64,000 nt of DNA from Eledone cirrhosa (taxonomy: Eukaryota): NCBI GenBank assembly GCA_964016885.1, contig OZ024741.1:97092001-97156000 (forward strand). The letters are read 5' to 3'. The notes under the pieces are model-generated. The model made no database searches, was not told the DNA's origin, and worked only from the letters and a program-made list of their open reading frames with translations. The translations under genes were made by a program, and so were the position numbers. Below, one piece after another: positions 14,659 through 26,984 of this stretch (position 1 is its first letter; each line of letters begins with the position of its first letter).

Positions 14659-14789
14659 TTTAGCAGCAGCAGAAGCAGCAGTAGCAGCAGCAGAGCAGCA
14701 AAGAGTTGCAACAGGTGCAGCATAATCAGTAGTAGTAGTATTATTATTATTATTATTATTAGTAGTAGTAGTAATAGTAGTAGTAGCAA

Positions 14790-14852
<63 letters not shown>

Positions 14853-14864
14853 CAGTAGTAGTAA
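14522..14864. repeat. Compound trinucleotide microsatellite (TAC)n/(TGC)n followed by (CAG)/(TAG)n
   Basis: Read directly. The two halves are complementary motif types. Confidence 0.95.
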
Positions 14865-15533
14865 TTGATATCGAAGTTGCCGTAACTACTGTTATTTTTA
14901 TGTTATTTATGTTTTAATAAATAATTGGTGATAATAATAATAATACAAATAACAACTAAATTAACAAAAACTACAACAATAACAACACACAACAACAGCA
15001 ACAATAATAATAGCGACAGCAACACCAACAACAATAATGATGGCAATACCAACAACAGTGGTGCAAAAGAAATAAGTTTCCGTAAAATGTAGATAGGGGA
15101 AAAAATAAACCAATCCTGATTGATTACATGGTTATTGAAGTGCTATATAAACGTGAATACTTGTTAAAGAACAGTCCAATCCATGACTATACACACTTTT
15201 TTATATGAATGGCAATTACAATGATAAAATGGATGTGGTAGAGCGATATGACAGGTTTTCTTTTTCAAGTTCCATCCTTCTCTCTCTTTCGCACTTTCTT
15301 CTTCTTTCCCCCCCCCCGCTCTCTCTCTCTCTGTATATATATATATATACAGTATATATATATATATATAAGCATGGTACTCTTTTACATGTGAAATATC
15401 CATATATACCAACATAACCATGTCACTTAATTAACCCTTATATAATAACAACCCTCCATGTCGTTGAAATACTTATATCGTAATAAATACAATTATGTCA
15501 ACTTCTTAATATCTGTCTTCACGTTCATCCACA

Positions 15534-15624
<91 letters not shown>

Positions 15625-15625
<1 letters not shown>

Positions 15626-16437
15626 CAAATATAAATTTAGCGAGAATCGCATTTCGGCGGGTAGAAATTAGCGAAACGCATCTTCCGAATTGTGTTGACA
15701 AGCGCTCCATGGATATGAAGAAGATACCAGAGCTATAAACAAAAGTTAAAAAGGTCATAAAAACTGAGACGGTGGTTAAGAAGCCATTAACCACCTAAGC
15801 CAAAAAAACTCGAACAAGCTAAACGAGTCAAACAAAATATGATGTTACCCGGACCCTCGGGTAAGTTAGTATACTCCGATATAGGGTTTCTGCGACACCT
15901 AAATCAATAATACTGTCTGCTTATAAACAATAATAAGCTGTTGGTATAATGATCGAACAAGGAATCACTTTCTCAACAGGCATTGTGTTCCTCGTGCGCC
16001 AGAACCTCACAGGTTATGAAAGCACATGTGAGGTTCTAAGGGGAGAACACCCTATTTTGGCCAGTGAATTCAGCATGTGTAGTTATTGCAAAAATTTGCA
16101 AAAATAGCACAAAACGAATTAAGCTCTCTACCGAGTGGTTTTTAAAATAAATAATCGGTCAATAGAATTAACTAAAAAAGCCCAAAAAATTAACTGGTGA
16201 ATCGCTAGACTTGGGAGATTATTACAAATATAAATTTAGCGAGAATTGCATTTCGGCGAGTAGAAATTAGCGAAACGCAACTTCCGAATTGTGTTGACAA
16301 GCGGTCTATGGATATGAAGATACCAGAGCTATAAACATAAGTTAAAAAGGTCATACAAAACTGAGACGGCGGTTAAGAAGCCATTAACCACCTAAGCCAA
16401 AAAAGCGAACAAGCTAAACAGTCAAACAAAATAAGAT
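15625..16437 (-). mobile_element. Retrozyme-like non-coding element with ~215-bp direct repeats spaced 599 bp
   Basis: 15625-15845 is repeated at 16224-16437. Each repeat carries an HHR-like motif on the minus strand. There is no meaningful ORF and the flanks are CA/TA tracts. Confidence 0.7.
15634..15691 (-). ncRNA. Hammerhead-like motif, U4G core (CGGAAGA); second copy at 16233-16290
   Basis: Reverse complement: AATT-CGGAAGA-tGCG..CGCc-GAAA-t-GCGA ttc TCGC-TA-AATT. One extra U precedes stem III. Copy 2 has A9U. Confidence 0.5.
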
Positions 16438-16518
16438 ATGATTGAAATATATATATATTTCCTATATATATATACATATAATAATAATAAAATGTGGAGA
16501 GGAGGCACACAAGTTAGG

Positions 16519-16582
<64 letters not shown>

Positions 16583-16661
16583 ACAGGGAGAAAGAGACGA
16601 TTATGAGGAAGAAAAATATATTTTTTCCTTTTTTTTGTGTCTATCTCTCTCTTCTGGGTTA

Positions 16662-16851
16662 GAAAATGATTAAAACGAAATGTTTTACTTTGTGTGAAGT
16701 GTTAAGGTATTAGTTGATTTATTTATTATTTAACAATGGCATTTATTTATCTATATAAATATATAAATAAATGCCATTGTTAAATAATAAATAAATTAAC
16801 TAATACCTTAACACTTCACACAAAGTAAAACATTTCGTTTTAATCATTTTC
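16662..16851. repeat. Near-perfect palindrome (~90-bp arms) centred on a TA-rich spacer
   Basis: GAAAATGATTAAAACGAAATG..CATTTATTTAT pairs with ATAAATAAATG..CATTTCGTTTTAATCATTTTC. Confidence 0.9.
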
Positions 16852-16854
16852 ATG

Positions 16855-16925
16855 TATTTTATTATGCGCATTTCAAAAACAAATATCATCATGAGATGAC
16901 ATTTGCGTTTTCCTCAGATAAAATA
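16855..16925 (-). ncRNA. Type I hammerhead ribozyme, canonical core
   Basis: Reverse complement: TATTTTAT-CTGAGGA-aaacgCAAATGTCATctcatgATGATATTTGttttt-GAAA-TGCGCA-TA-ATAAAATA. Confidence 0.85.
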
Positions 16926-18109
16926 GGGATTCATGATATGAAGGTTAAAAAACACTTGTCAATAGTGAAGTTTTAAATAATTTAAGATTGATGTGTGATA
17001 GTGGGAAAAAATTAGAGGGGGGTGGAAAGGGTGAAAAAGAGGAGGAGATGAGAGTAAAGAATGGTGGAGGAGGAGTATAATAAGGAAGGATGAGATAGGA
17101 GGAGAGATGGGTGATAGAAAGAGAGAGAGAGCCTTTATAACTGAGAAAAAATATATATTGTTTCACAGAGAGAGGTTAAAAAGCCGTTGGAAGATGATAT
17201 ATAATTTAAAAGAATTTGAAAATTGATGAAGAGAAAAAATTAAGAATAATATTAAATTAAGGTTTGTATATTGAAGGGTTTAATAATATGTGCGATGAAA
17301 AGAAATTGTTAATATGTATTATTTAAAATATTAATGTTATTAAGGATATAAGGTGAAAAGAAGTAGAAGAGTGGATGAATTATAAATTTAGAGGAATTAG
17401 TTAGTGTTTAAGTTTGATTTTATGTAATGTAATACGTATGCGTAATATATGTAAATAGTTTGTTTACAAATGAGCGCAGAAAGCAAAGAAGAAAATGGTG
17501 TTTAAGGAAGAGAAGACTCTAACATCAAAATATATACGTTTATGAAGTATTTTCTAATGGTAATAATATAATGTAATAAATGAGATTAGTTAGGGTTTAA
17601 GTTTATTTTTATGTATTGTGATATGTAATATGTAAATGTCAGACGAGCATGAAGGGAGAAAAAATATAATGAACTAAGGAGGAATAATCTAACGTCAAAA
17701 AAATGTTTATGTTTACGAAGGATTTTTAAAGGTAATGCTATAAAGTATTTAAAAGGTAATAATAATAATGTTTATGGCCAATGATATGAAGAAATATGGA
17801 AGAGTGGATATGCTGTGGTGAGTCATATAAGAATTGAGACGTATTTAGGAAGAAAAAGTACGTATTAGAGGTTAGAAATTAAAAGAAAAGAGGAAGAAAG
17901 GAAAGTGGTGAATAGGAATGATATAGAATGAGTAACTAGTATTATATAATGTATAATGAATAATATTGAAATAAGGTAGAAAGAGGGGTATATTTTTAAA
18001 GAAATATATATATATATAAGCCTTTGAGAAAAAGATTTTAAACTGGTAAAGTATTAGATATTAGCTGTATACTTTATGGAATGTTCTGTGGAATTTATGC
18101 AAGCAGAAT

Positions 18110-18455
18110 TTATGCTCTTTCGGCTCCACTTCAAAGATTTATAATCACAATTTTATAATCACGTTTTTATAATCACAATTCTTCTTTTAAATACCAACTT
18201 AAAAGAACCAACACGGCACTCTCAGAACTCATATGGTCCTTGAAAGACAAAAATAATAACTATAATATCTCTTGGAGGAAAGTTTGTTCTGCCTCTCCCT
18301 ACTTGAATGCCTCCCTATCCAGAACGTGTAATCTTTGTTTATATGAGAAATTTACCATTATATCTAATTTAGATTCTATAATAAATAGACGCACTGACTT
18401 ATTTTCTCTCTGCTTGCATAAAATCCACAGAACATTCCATAAAGTACACAGCTAA
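18110..18455 (+). pseudogene. PLE GIY-YIG C-terminal fragment
   Basis: NHNSSFKY..TALSELIWSLKDKNNNYNISWRKV..PY..CNLCLYEKFTII..INRRTDLFSLCLHK. Confidence 0.85.
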
Positions 18456-19560
18456 TATCTAATACTTTACCAGTTTAAAATCCTTTTTCTCAAAGGCTTA
18501 TATATATATTTCTTTAAAATTACACCCATCTTTCTACCTTATTTCAATATTATTTATTATACATTATATAATACTAGTTTCTCATTCTATATCATTCCTA
18601 TTCATCACTTTCCTTTCTTCCTCTTTTCTTTTAATTTCTAACCTCTAATCTGTACTTTTTCTTCCTAAATACTTCTCAATTCTTATTATTACTCAACACA
18701 ACATATCCACTCTTCCATCTTTTTTCATATCATTGGCCATAAACATTACTATTATTACCTTTTAAATACTTTATAGCATTACCTTTAAAAATCCTTCGTA
18801 AACATAAACATTTTTTTGACGTTAGATTATTCCTCCTTAGTTCATTATATTTTTTCTCCCTTCATACTCGTCTGACTTTTACATATTACATATCACAATA
18901 CATAAAAATAAACTTAAACCCTAACTAATCTCATTTATTACATTATATTATTACCATTAGAAAATACTTCATAAACATATATATTTTGATGTTAGAGTCT
19001 TCTCTTCCCTAAACACTATTTCCTTCTTAGCTTTCTGCGCTCATTTGTAAACAAACTATTTACATATTACATTACATAAAAACAAACTTAAACACTAACC
19101 AATTCCTCTAAATTCATAATTCATCCACTCTTCTACTTCTTTTCACCTTATATCCTTAATAACATTAATATTTTAAATAATACATATTAACAATTTCTTT
19201 TCATCGCACATAACCTTAATTTAATATTATTCTTAATTTTTTCTCTTCATCAATTTTCAAATTCTTTTAAATTATATATCATCTTCCAACGGCTTTTTAA
19301 CCACTCTCTCAGTGAAACAATATATATTTTTTCTCAGTTATAAAGGCTATCTCTATTTTCTATCACCCATCTCTCCTCGCATCTCATCCTTCCTTATATA
19401 CTCCTCCCCCACCATTCTTTACTCTCATCTCCTCCTCTTTTTCACCCCCCCCCCATCATTTTTTTCCCAATATCACACATCAATCTTAAATTACTTTTAA
19501 TATGTTGATTTAAAATTTCACTATTCACATGTGTTTTTTAACCTTCATATTATGTATCCC

Positions 19561-19631
19561 TATTTTATCTGACGAAAATGCAAATGTCATGTCATGATGA
19601 TATTTGTTTTTGAAATGCGCATAATAAAATA
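19561..19631 (+). ncRNA. Type I hammerhead ribozyme, canonical core
   Basis: TATTTTAT-CTGACGA-stem II-GAAA-TGCGCA-TA-ATAAAATA, with a palindromic stem III. Confidence 0.85.
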
Positions 19632-19770
19632 CATGGAATTCTTTCAACCATTTTTTGATCTTATATTATTTATACTCCAGTCCTACAAACTGTAGAGTGC
19701 TACCTATCCGATATCTGCATTGCTTTATTGTACTACAATAAAACTCACCTCATACATATATATATATATA

Positions 19771-21422
19771 GGAACGAGTAGGACCCCGACGGCTGAGCTC
19801 AAGCCGTTTCGACGGCTAATTCTGGACTAAACAAGATTTTTTTATCCTGGTGTTTGAATAGCCGAGCTTCTCAGGGGGTAATTCCATATATGGTAAAAGT
19901 GATTGTCAGAAGGATTGGTCAAAAGTTTGTTGTTGAGACATAATAATTCTATCATGTCAATTTGTGGAGGGAAGGGGTAGCTGAACCTGCCAGTAGAAGA
20001 AAGAGGGCAAGGGGGTGGAGGAAACCAGTCCGTGGTGCGTTGATAGTGCCAACTACAGCTGGGCATGAGGTCAAAGAAGATACTAGGGGGGGGGGGAGTC
20101 GAAACAATTACTAAAACAATATGGGGTAAATATATAGAGAAATACCGAGAGTGTTAAAAAACAATTAAATGTAAAAAAAAAAAAAATTTCTGGTTACTAT
20201 AACCCTCACCCTCCCTAGTCCTTCCACCCCAGTCCTCTTTCTTTGTCGTCGTCCTTTTACATTCTCGCCCACCTGAGGCAGCACCTCGGTCCTTTGTAGC
20301 CTCAGTACCCCCAAGCCCTTTCCCTATTCTATGATAGATTGGCCGACGCCACTTTTTATAGCAGATGTGTTAGACCCCGGACACTTGCCTTCTTATCCGA
20401 TGGCTGCCCCTTTTCCGTGCTTTCTAAGTGGTATCTTTGCTTTAATTTCTCGTATATCAGTATTTTTTTTTTTTTTGCGGTGGTGGGGGTGGGGGGGATT
20501 CTGAATTAATTTTCCGTATAAAATTTTACATATACTTCGTACGGGCATTTATGTAGTTTGCACTAGAATTTTTGTATCGTGGCGGCACCCTAAGAGATAG
20601 TATTAGTTTTCTTTTTCGGGATTCTGAATTATTATTTCGTATTAGTTTTTTTTTTTTGCACTGGGTGGTTGCTGGCCTTGTGCCTGGGGTGGAAACCTTT
20701 ATTTCGTACTGGTCTCGGGACACTGAATTATTATTTCGTGGTAGTTTCTTTAGTATTTTGGTCTCCCACTTGTTGACCCGTCACCGTAAGATATATTCGG
20801 TTGTTTACTTATACCTCTTAAAAGGGTCTCATTATAATTCCGTCCCACCTAGTAAACCTTTCTTTAGTCTAGCAGTACCAGTGAGAGAGTTGATAGCTGT
20901 CCTTAGGTTATAGTAACCAGAAATTGTTTTTTTTTACATTTAATTGTTTTTTAACACTCTCGGTATTTCGCTATATATTTACCCATATTGTTTTACTTAT
21001 TGTTTCGACTTCCTCCCCCTCGTCCCCTAGTATCTACTTTGACCTCATGCCCAGCTGAAGTTGGCACTATCAACGCACCACGGACGGGTTTGCTCCACCC
21101 CCTCTCCTTCTTTCTTCTACTGGCAGGTTCAGCTACCCCTTCCCTCTACAAATTGCCATGATAGAATTATTATGTCTCAACAACAAACTTTTGACCAATC
21201 CTTGTGACAATCACTTTTACCATGTATGGAATTACCCCCTGAGAAGCTCGGCTATTCAAACACCAGGATAAAAAAAATCTTGTTTAGTCCAGAATTAGCC
21301 GTCGAAACGGCTTGAGCTCAGCCGTCGGGGTCCTACTCGTTCATATTACCCACTCTACTACCCTAAGTATTGAGTACTTTGGTGCGTTATGGTCCACCTG
21401 GTTCCTTACCACATTTCCTTCG

Positions 21423-21424
<2 letters not shown>
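19771..21424. mobile_element. Non-coding family B element with inverted arms (~19771-20205 and ~20905-21342), bounded by (TA)n
   Basis: The arms are reverse complements. Family fragments occur at 1085, 27405, 46385, 48187, 52710 and 56840. Confidence 0.88.
21234..21331 (+). ncRNA. Type I hammerhead-like motif, G8A core (CTGAGAA), long stem II; inverted copy at 19783-19879
   Basis: ACCCC-CTGAGAA-gctCGGCTAttc..gaatTAGCCGtc-GAAA-CGGCT tgagctc AGCCG-TC-GGGGT. GUC cleavage triplet with a palindromic GAGCTC loop. Confidence 0.72.
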
Positions 21425-21470
<46 letters not shown>

Positions 21471-21473
<3 letters not shown>

Positions 21474-22110
21474 TAGTATAACAACAGTTAGTTCACCATA
21501 CCGAGAACAAATGTTTCACCTTTCGGATCTTCAGCTCCGTCTGAGTGTGGTTGTACGGAAAAGGAAAAACAACCATATAAATCGCGTGCGCAGAAACGAT
21601 CACTTCTCCCAGGCGATAAAATCCCACGGTCTAAAGGTTTAAGGGAGATAACTGCGAATGTCCTGAATAAATTATTCGAGTGGATTAGAATATTAGAAGG
21701 TTAACGTTAATGTTATTCAATCTGAGGCTTTGTAATTATCAAGAGGTGTTTCCAGACGTGTGGACAACATGCAAAAAAGCTCATTTCTTGAACTTAGACA
21801 ATCGCTATTGCGTAATTTCTTCAGAATATTCATCCTTTCTTCAATGCACTGTCCGCAAGACGGATTACCCCTTGCGTATGGCTTGGACTTAGAGATAGCT
21901 TTCCATTGGATGGAATAGTCTACGCCTGAGTTTTTGAGGGACCATACGCGGCTCGCGAGTTTCGAGGACGATCGATTATCCGGGTATGTAAAGGACGACT
22001 GATGGTTCAGAAAGCGTTCTTTAAACCTGCCCTCCACCATACCTACATAGGATTTAAGATCTTGTTGTTGATTTGATCGGTTGGAAGTGAACATAGCTTC
22101 ATGAATATGA
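21471..22110 (-). mobile_element. 5'-truncated PLE: GIY-YIG fragment (21717-22094) plus 3' UTR with an HHR
   Basis: SYVGMVEGRFKERFLNHQSSF..SKLASRVWSLK..YSIQWKAI..PY..CGQCIEE..RNELF. The 3' end abuts (TA)n. Confidence 0.88.
21503..21537 (-). ncRNA. Minimal 35-nt type I hammerhead ribozyme
   Basis: Reverse complement: GAG-CTGAAGA-tCC gaaa GGt-GAAA-CATTTG-TT-CTC. A related C3G copy is at 41356-41393 (+). Confidence 0.8.
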
Positions 22111-22511
22111 CTGCAACTCGATTTCGAGTAATTCTATCGCTTGATACTTAAACACAAGATTGTCACAAACGTGACTTTTTAGTCCTGCTAGGGACTTGCG
22201 TATGGCCACCAATACCATGCATCACAAAAAATGTCACAAATCAAGCTATATATATATATACATACATTCATATAACAAAATATTCCGATCGTTGGCCAGT
22301 CTATCCATTACATTTATCTTGATTTCGGTAGTAAGGACGAGAGCTAGAAACATAGAACCCACCAATCTAGAAAAGGAAACGGCCCGGAAATGGTAAAACA
22401 AGATAGAAGCAAAAAGAAAAGCAGTAAAAATATTAAAAATAAATTAATAACACATACCAAATTTAGTCGTTAAAATCAAAACGCGTGTATCTTGGACAAT
22501 CATTACTGCAA

Positions 22512-22597
<86 letters not shown>

Positions 22598-23758
22598 GTG
22601 ATATTAATTGGCGCGTAAGAATATGAAAGGATTGGAGATAATCATTCCAGGTTTGATAGGGGATTTAATCACTGTACAATGAGGTTACTAAATCATAAAT
22701 CATAAATATACATGTTATCATGCAAGACATATAAATCTTAGTTTAGAATTAATGGAACGATTTTAGCTGCTGTCTAAAAATTAAAGCAAGACTTTCTCAA
22801 CAGCGAAACTATTTGCCCTACCGTAGTTATCTAAAGCATGGCAAGACCGATAATATATGAAATAATAAAAACCTGAAAAAATATTGTAGGTAAGCGCATT
22901 CGGTTTTAGTCTTTCTAATGGCAGCTGATACATGGCAAAGCAATAGCAGTAGGAAAAAATGTTTTCATTCAATCATTTGCCGATAAACCAAATTATATAA
23001 ATGGGGAAACAATATATATTTGGTTGCTTGAAAGTGCAATTCTTATAACTGATTTATTTTAAGGTAAAGCTACACCCACTGTATCTAAGCACATGATTTG
23101 ATATAGTAAGTTACATGTGATGGTGTGTTTTGTATTCATCTTGATGTAAATATTAAGTAATTCCGATATAGACTGATTGCTGATCAAACGGATGTTTATC
23201 GATTGTAAGGATATCTGTTATTGCCAATATTTCTGAATATTGGGTTGAAGTGTATTTCTTTATTTGAACATATATTTAAGTGAGGAATCCAGTAGGAACA
23301 GGTTTCATATTATAGAATGATGAATGACTAGTCTAAACTGAATGGTAATGCCATATTTATTAAAACTGACATTTGATACTTCGAATCAGGAGATTATGTA
23401 GTAACCGGTTGAGAATCATAAGAAGTCGAAGTGCTGCAATCTGTAGTTCCATAAATTACCGTTATGTTGCAACATCTTATCAACAACCCAGCTCATATGG
23501 GATCAATTTTATCTCGATTCTAACAAATTAGCCTTAAATGACAATAATCCTCAAACCGTCTTACATGAAACATTTTCGTCTAAATATATCAAAGAAAATA
23601 TTGCGTTCACATATTTCTCTTGGATCCATTGATTATTAATAACGGAAATTGAGCATAGATTTCTAAAGACTGCTTGTCTTGAAATTTCCTTTTAACACTA
23701 AGAGGGAAACCGATTAAACAAGTTGCATTCCATGGTTCGAATGTGAAACACTATCAGC

Positions 23759-23868
<110 letters not shown>

Positions 23869-23923
23869 TATACATATATATGTATATATATATGTGTATA
23901 CATATATGTGTATACATATATAT

Positions 23924-23981
<58 letters not shown>

Positions 23982-23987
<6 letters not shown>

Positions 23988-24720
23988 GGAAAAAAATGAA
24001 ACGATATTTCATTTCCCACTCTTAGTACGGCTGTTACTTAAATATAAGTATGTACACTTACATACATATATGTATACCGACGTACAGTAGTATGTATATA
24101 TATATATATATACATACATGCACACATATATATATGCACGTATGGATTCACCGAACATTTATTATAATGCTCGGTGTTTGTAAACAAACATCCCGTATTA
24201 AGCCGTTGCTCGTTTGTTCAACACTGACAAAGGAACGCTGTACTAGTTTCAAGCTTGTTAGCTATCGTCAGCAACGTATACCTTCCTGCCAGATTGTTGA
24301 ACGTATATACTTACCTTATGCATATTAACGTCTGAGTAGCCCAATTTGCATATCGAGTAGGTTAATCGGCCGGGTGCACCGAAAACGATAAACGGAAAAA
24401 ATGAAACGATATTTCATTTCCCACTCTTAGTACGGCTGTTACTTAAATATAAGTATGTACACGTACATACATATATGTATACCGACGTACAGTAGTATGT
24501 ATATATATATATATACATACTTGCACACATATATATATGCACGTATGGATTCACCGAACATTGTCAGTGTTGAACAAACGAGCAACGGTGGTTGCTAGAC
24601 ACTACGGCTTAATACGGGATGTTTGTTTACAAACACACCGAGCATTATAATAAATGTTCGGTGAATCCATACGTGCATATATATATGTGTGCATGTATGT
24701 ATATATATATATATATACAC
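23982..24720 (-). mobile_element. Non-coding element with a 406-bp-spaced direct repeat plus a terminal inverted segment, inside (TA)n
   Basis: 23982-24158 is repeated at 24388-24562. Segment 24562-24720 is the reverse complement of ~24100-24230. Confidence 0.8.
24235..24277 (-). ncRNA. Minimal type I hammerhead ribozyme, canonical core
   Basis: Reverse complement: ACGTTG-CTGACGA-tAGCT aaca AGCTt-GAAA-CTAG-TA-CAGCGT. Confidence 0.88.
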
Positions 24721-24746
24721 ACATATATATGTATATATATATGTGT

Positions 24747-24840
<94 letters not shown>

Positions 24841-24880
24841 GTATAGATACACATATATATATATATGTGTCTATATATAG

Positions 24881-25051
<171 letters not shown>

Positions 25052-25139
25052 GCTGATAGGGCGGAAGAACTCATAAGAGTCAACGGCCATCCGAAAGTGC
25101 GTAAATATGTATATACACACGTAACGCGCGGTTAAACCA

Positions 25140-25367
25140 CCGGGAGTGAAGGACCCCTAGCCTTTGTCAGGGCATTCTTCTTGGAGAAGGCAACTCAGGA
25201 AACTGGGATAACTCCGATATAAAACCCGCGACTCAGTAGTTACCGATGATGTTGATCTTTTCTTCTTTTCGGGTTATAGCTACTGTCTCTCAGAGTGTGG
25301 GATTGGTTCAGTGCACAGCCTTTCCTCGCTTTAAAAAATATCTTCACGCACAGGCATTGCACGATAG
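25140..25367 (+). mobile_element. Probable RTE-clade 5' UTR-like or SINE fragment
   Basis: GC-richer island with CTTGGAGAAGGCAACTC, resembling RTE 5' UTR motifs. Recalled from memory and unverified. Confidence 0.35.
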
Positions 25368-25434
25368 AATTAATTAATAATTATTAATAATGGTATATCG
25401 TGCCATGGCCATACTCGATAACGAGGGGGCTGCC

Positions 25435-25494
<60 letters not shown>

Positions 25495-25619
25495 GGTAAA
25501 CGGTGATGTAATTCAACTCAGGAACTCAACCTACATATATCCACGTAGGACTGACGGAGTATTTTTTTAGAATAAGGGAATACAAAGTAGCTTATATGTT
25601 AAAGTCCTTTATTGATAAG

Positions 25620-25696
25620 GCCGTGTTACATATTACGATGGAGACAGTGGTCACGCGATACCGCGGAGTACCCAGTGCCAGATCTCATCAGACAGC
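25620..25696 (-). ncRNA. Degenerate hammerhead motif
   Basis: Reverse complement: GCTGT-CTGATGA-GAT..ATC-GTAA-TATGTA-AC-ACGGC. A13 and U16.1 are mutated. Confidence 0.45.
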
Positions 25697-25940
25697 TTCT
25701 TACATAATAAGGTTACAATCAGGAAGGAATCCAAAACTGAAGCGACAAGGGAACGGAAAACACGTTGTTCATGAAGCGAATGCCCGTTCCCTGTGAACCC
25801 CGATTTACGCCAACATGTTTGCGCATGCGCCGATGTAGGAAATATGTGAAATGCAGAATACCACGTTGATGGAATGTGGTATATATAAGAAGGCATAGGG
25901 TGATATTTACACAGCATCAGAGACGAGCTTACATATTGAA

Positions 25941-26032
25941 GCATATCTGAGGATCTTTCGATTACAGAGTCAGGCTCGATCAATAATAGATCGTTCCTCG
26001 TGCAGATCAACAGTGAAAGATATGTAATATGT
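25941..26032 (+). ncRNA. Type I hammerhead motif, near-canonical
   Basis: GCATAT-CTGAGGA-long stem II region-GAAA-gATATG-TA-ATATGT. One mismatch in stem III. Confidence 0.55.
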
Positions 26033-26830
26033 TTGTTAATATGTTATGATGCAATACTGATTCTTTGTTCCTTTATTCTTATAATATTATAATCTGCTCT
26101 GTGAGAGCATCGAGTTCTCACCCGCCATAGCTCATACGGACGCAATTATCCTGCCCCTCTACATATATATATATATATATATATGCGTGTGTGGGTGTGT
26201 GTGTGTGTGTGTATATGTATATGTGTGTATATGTTAGAATATCACCATTAAATTTATAGTATATATATATATATATCGGGAAAATAAAATGCAATACAAT
26301 GGCTTCAACTAATATCAAAACTGTTCAAAAGTATTGATCACTTACTTTAATCTGGTTTCCACTTTGAAAGTACGAACACTTCGTGAAATATTTTAAATAT
26401 TCAAATTCGAAATGAAGTTCAAAGAGAACAAATCATAACTAAAAGTAATATACAATCAACACATTGTTATTTTTGTTTATTCTTTTAATTCATTATATAG
26501 TAAGCGTTGGAATTTTGTTTGTTGAATGTAGATGTTATTAATACATATACACTTTAGTCCATTTGGAATATATATATCGAAAGGATATTTATTAATGTAA
26601 ACCCGGAAACATTTTCATTACATATATAATTGGTTTATTGATATCATACCCTATCTTCCGTTGATTCTCTCGCAATTCTTGTTGTACATTTATGCACATG
26701 CTGACATAAAGGTGATGAGAGAAACAAACAAAGAATGGGAAAATTATTGCATAATTTAAGATAGTAACAGGGACTTAGAGATCTTGACATCTCATAAAAT
26801 TTACTTTAATTGAGATAAAGTAAGGTCATT

Positions 26831-26957
26831 CCATAACCCAATGAAACTTAAATACCTGTATATATCACCGTTGTAAACCATTATATATATATATATATAT
26901 ATATATAACAGGTTACATCATTGATATATACAGGCACTTAAGTTTCGTTAGGTTATG
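26831..26957. repeat. Diverged inverted repeat (~50-bp arms) around (TA)n
   Basis: CATAACCCAATGAAACTTAAATACCTGTATATATCA pairs with TGATATATACAGGCACTTAAGTTTCGTTAGGTTATG. Confidence 0.8.
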
Positions 26958-26984
26958 CACCTCAACTCATTCAGCCTGTTATAA

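Larger units (their letters stand above)
16851..19636. mobile_element. 5'-truncated Penelope-like element with inverted arms (16851-18106 and ~18410-19636)
   Basis: The arms are diverged reverse complements. A GIY-YIG remnant lies between and within them, and each outer end has an HHR. Confidence 0.88.
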
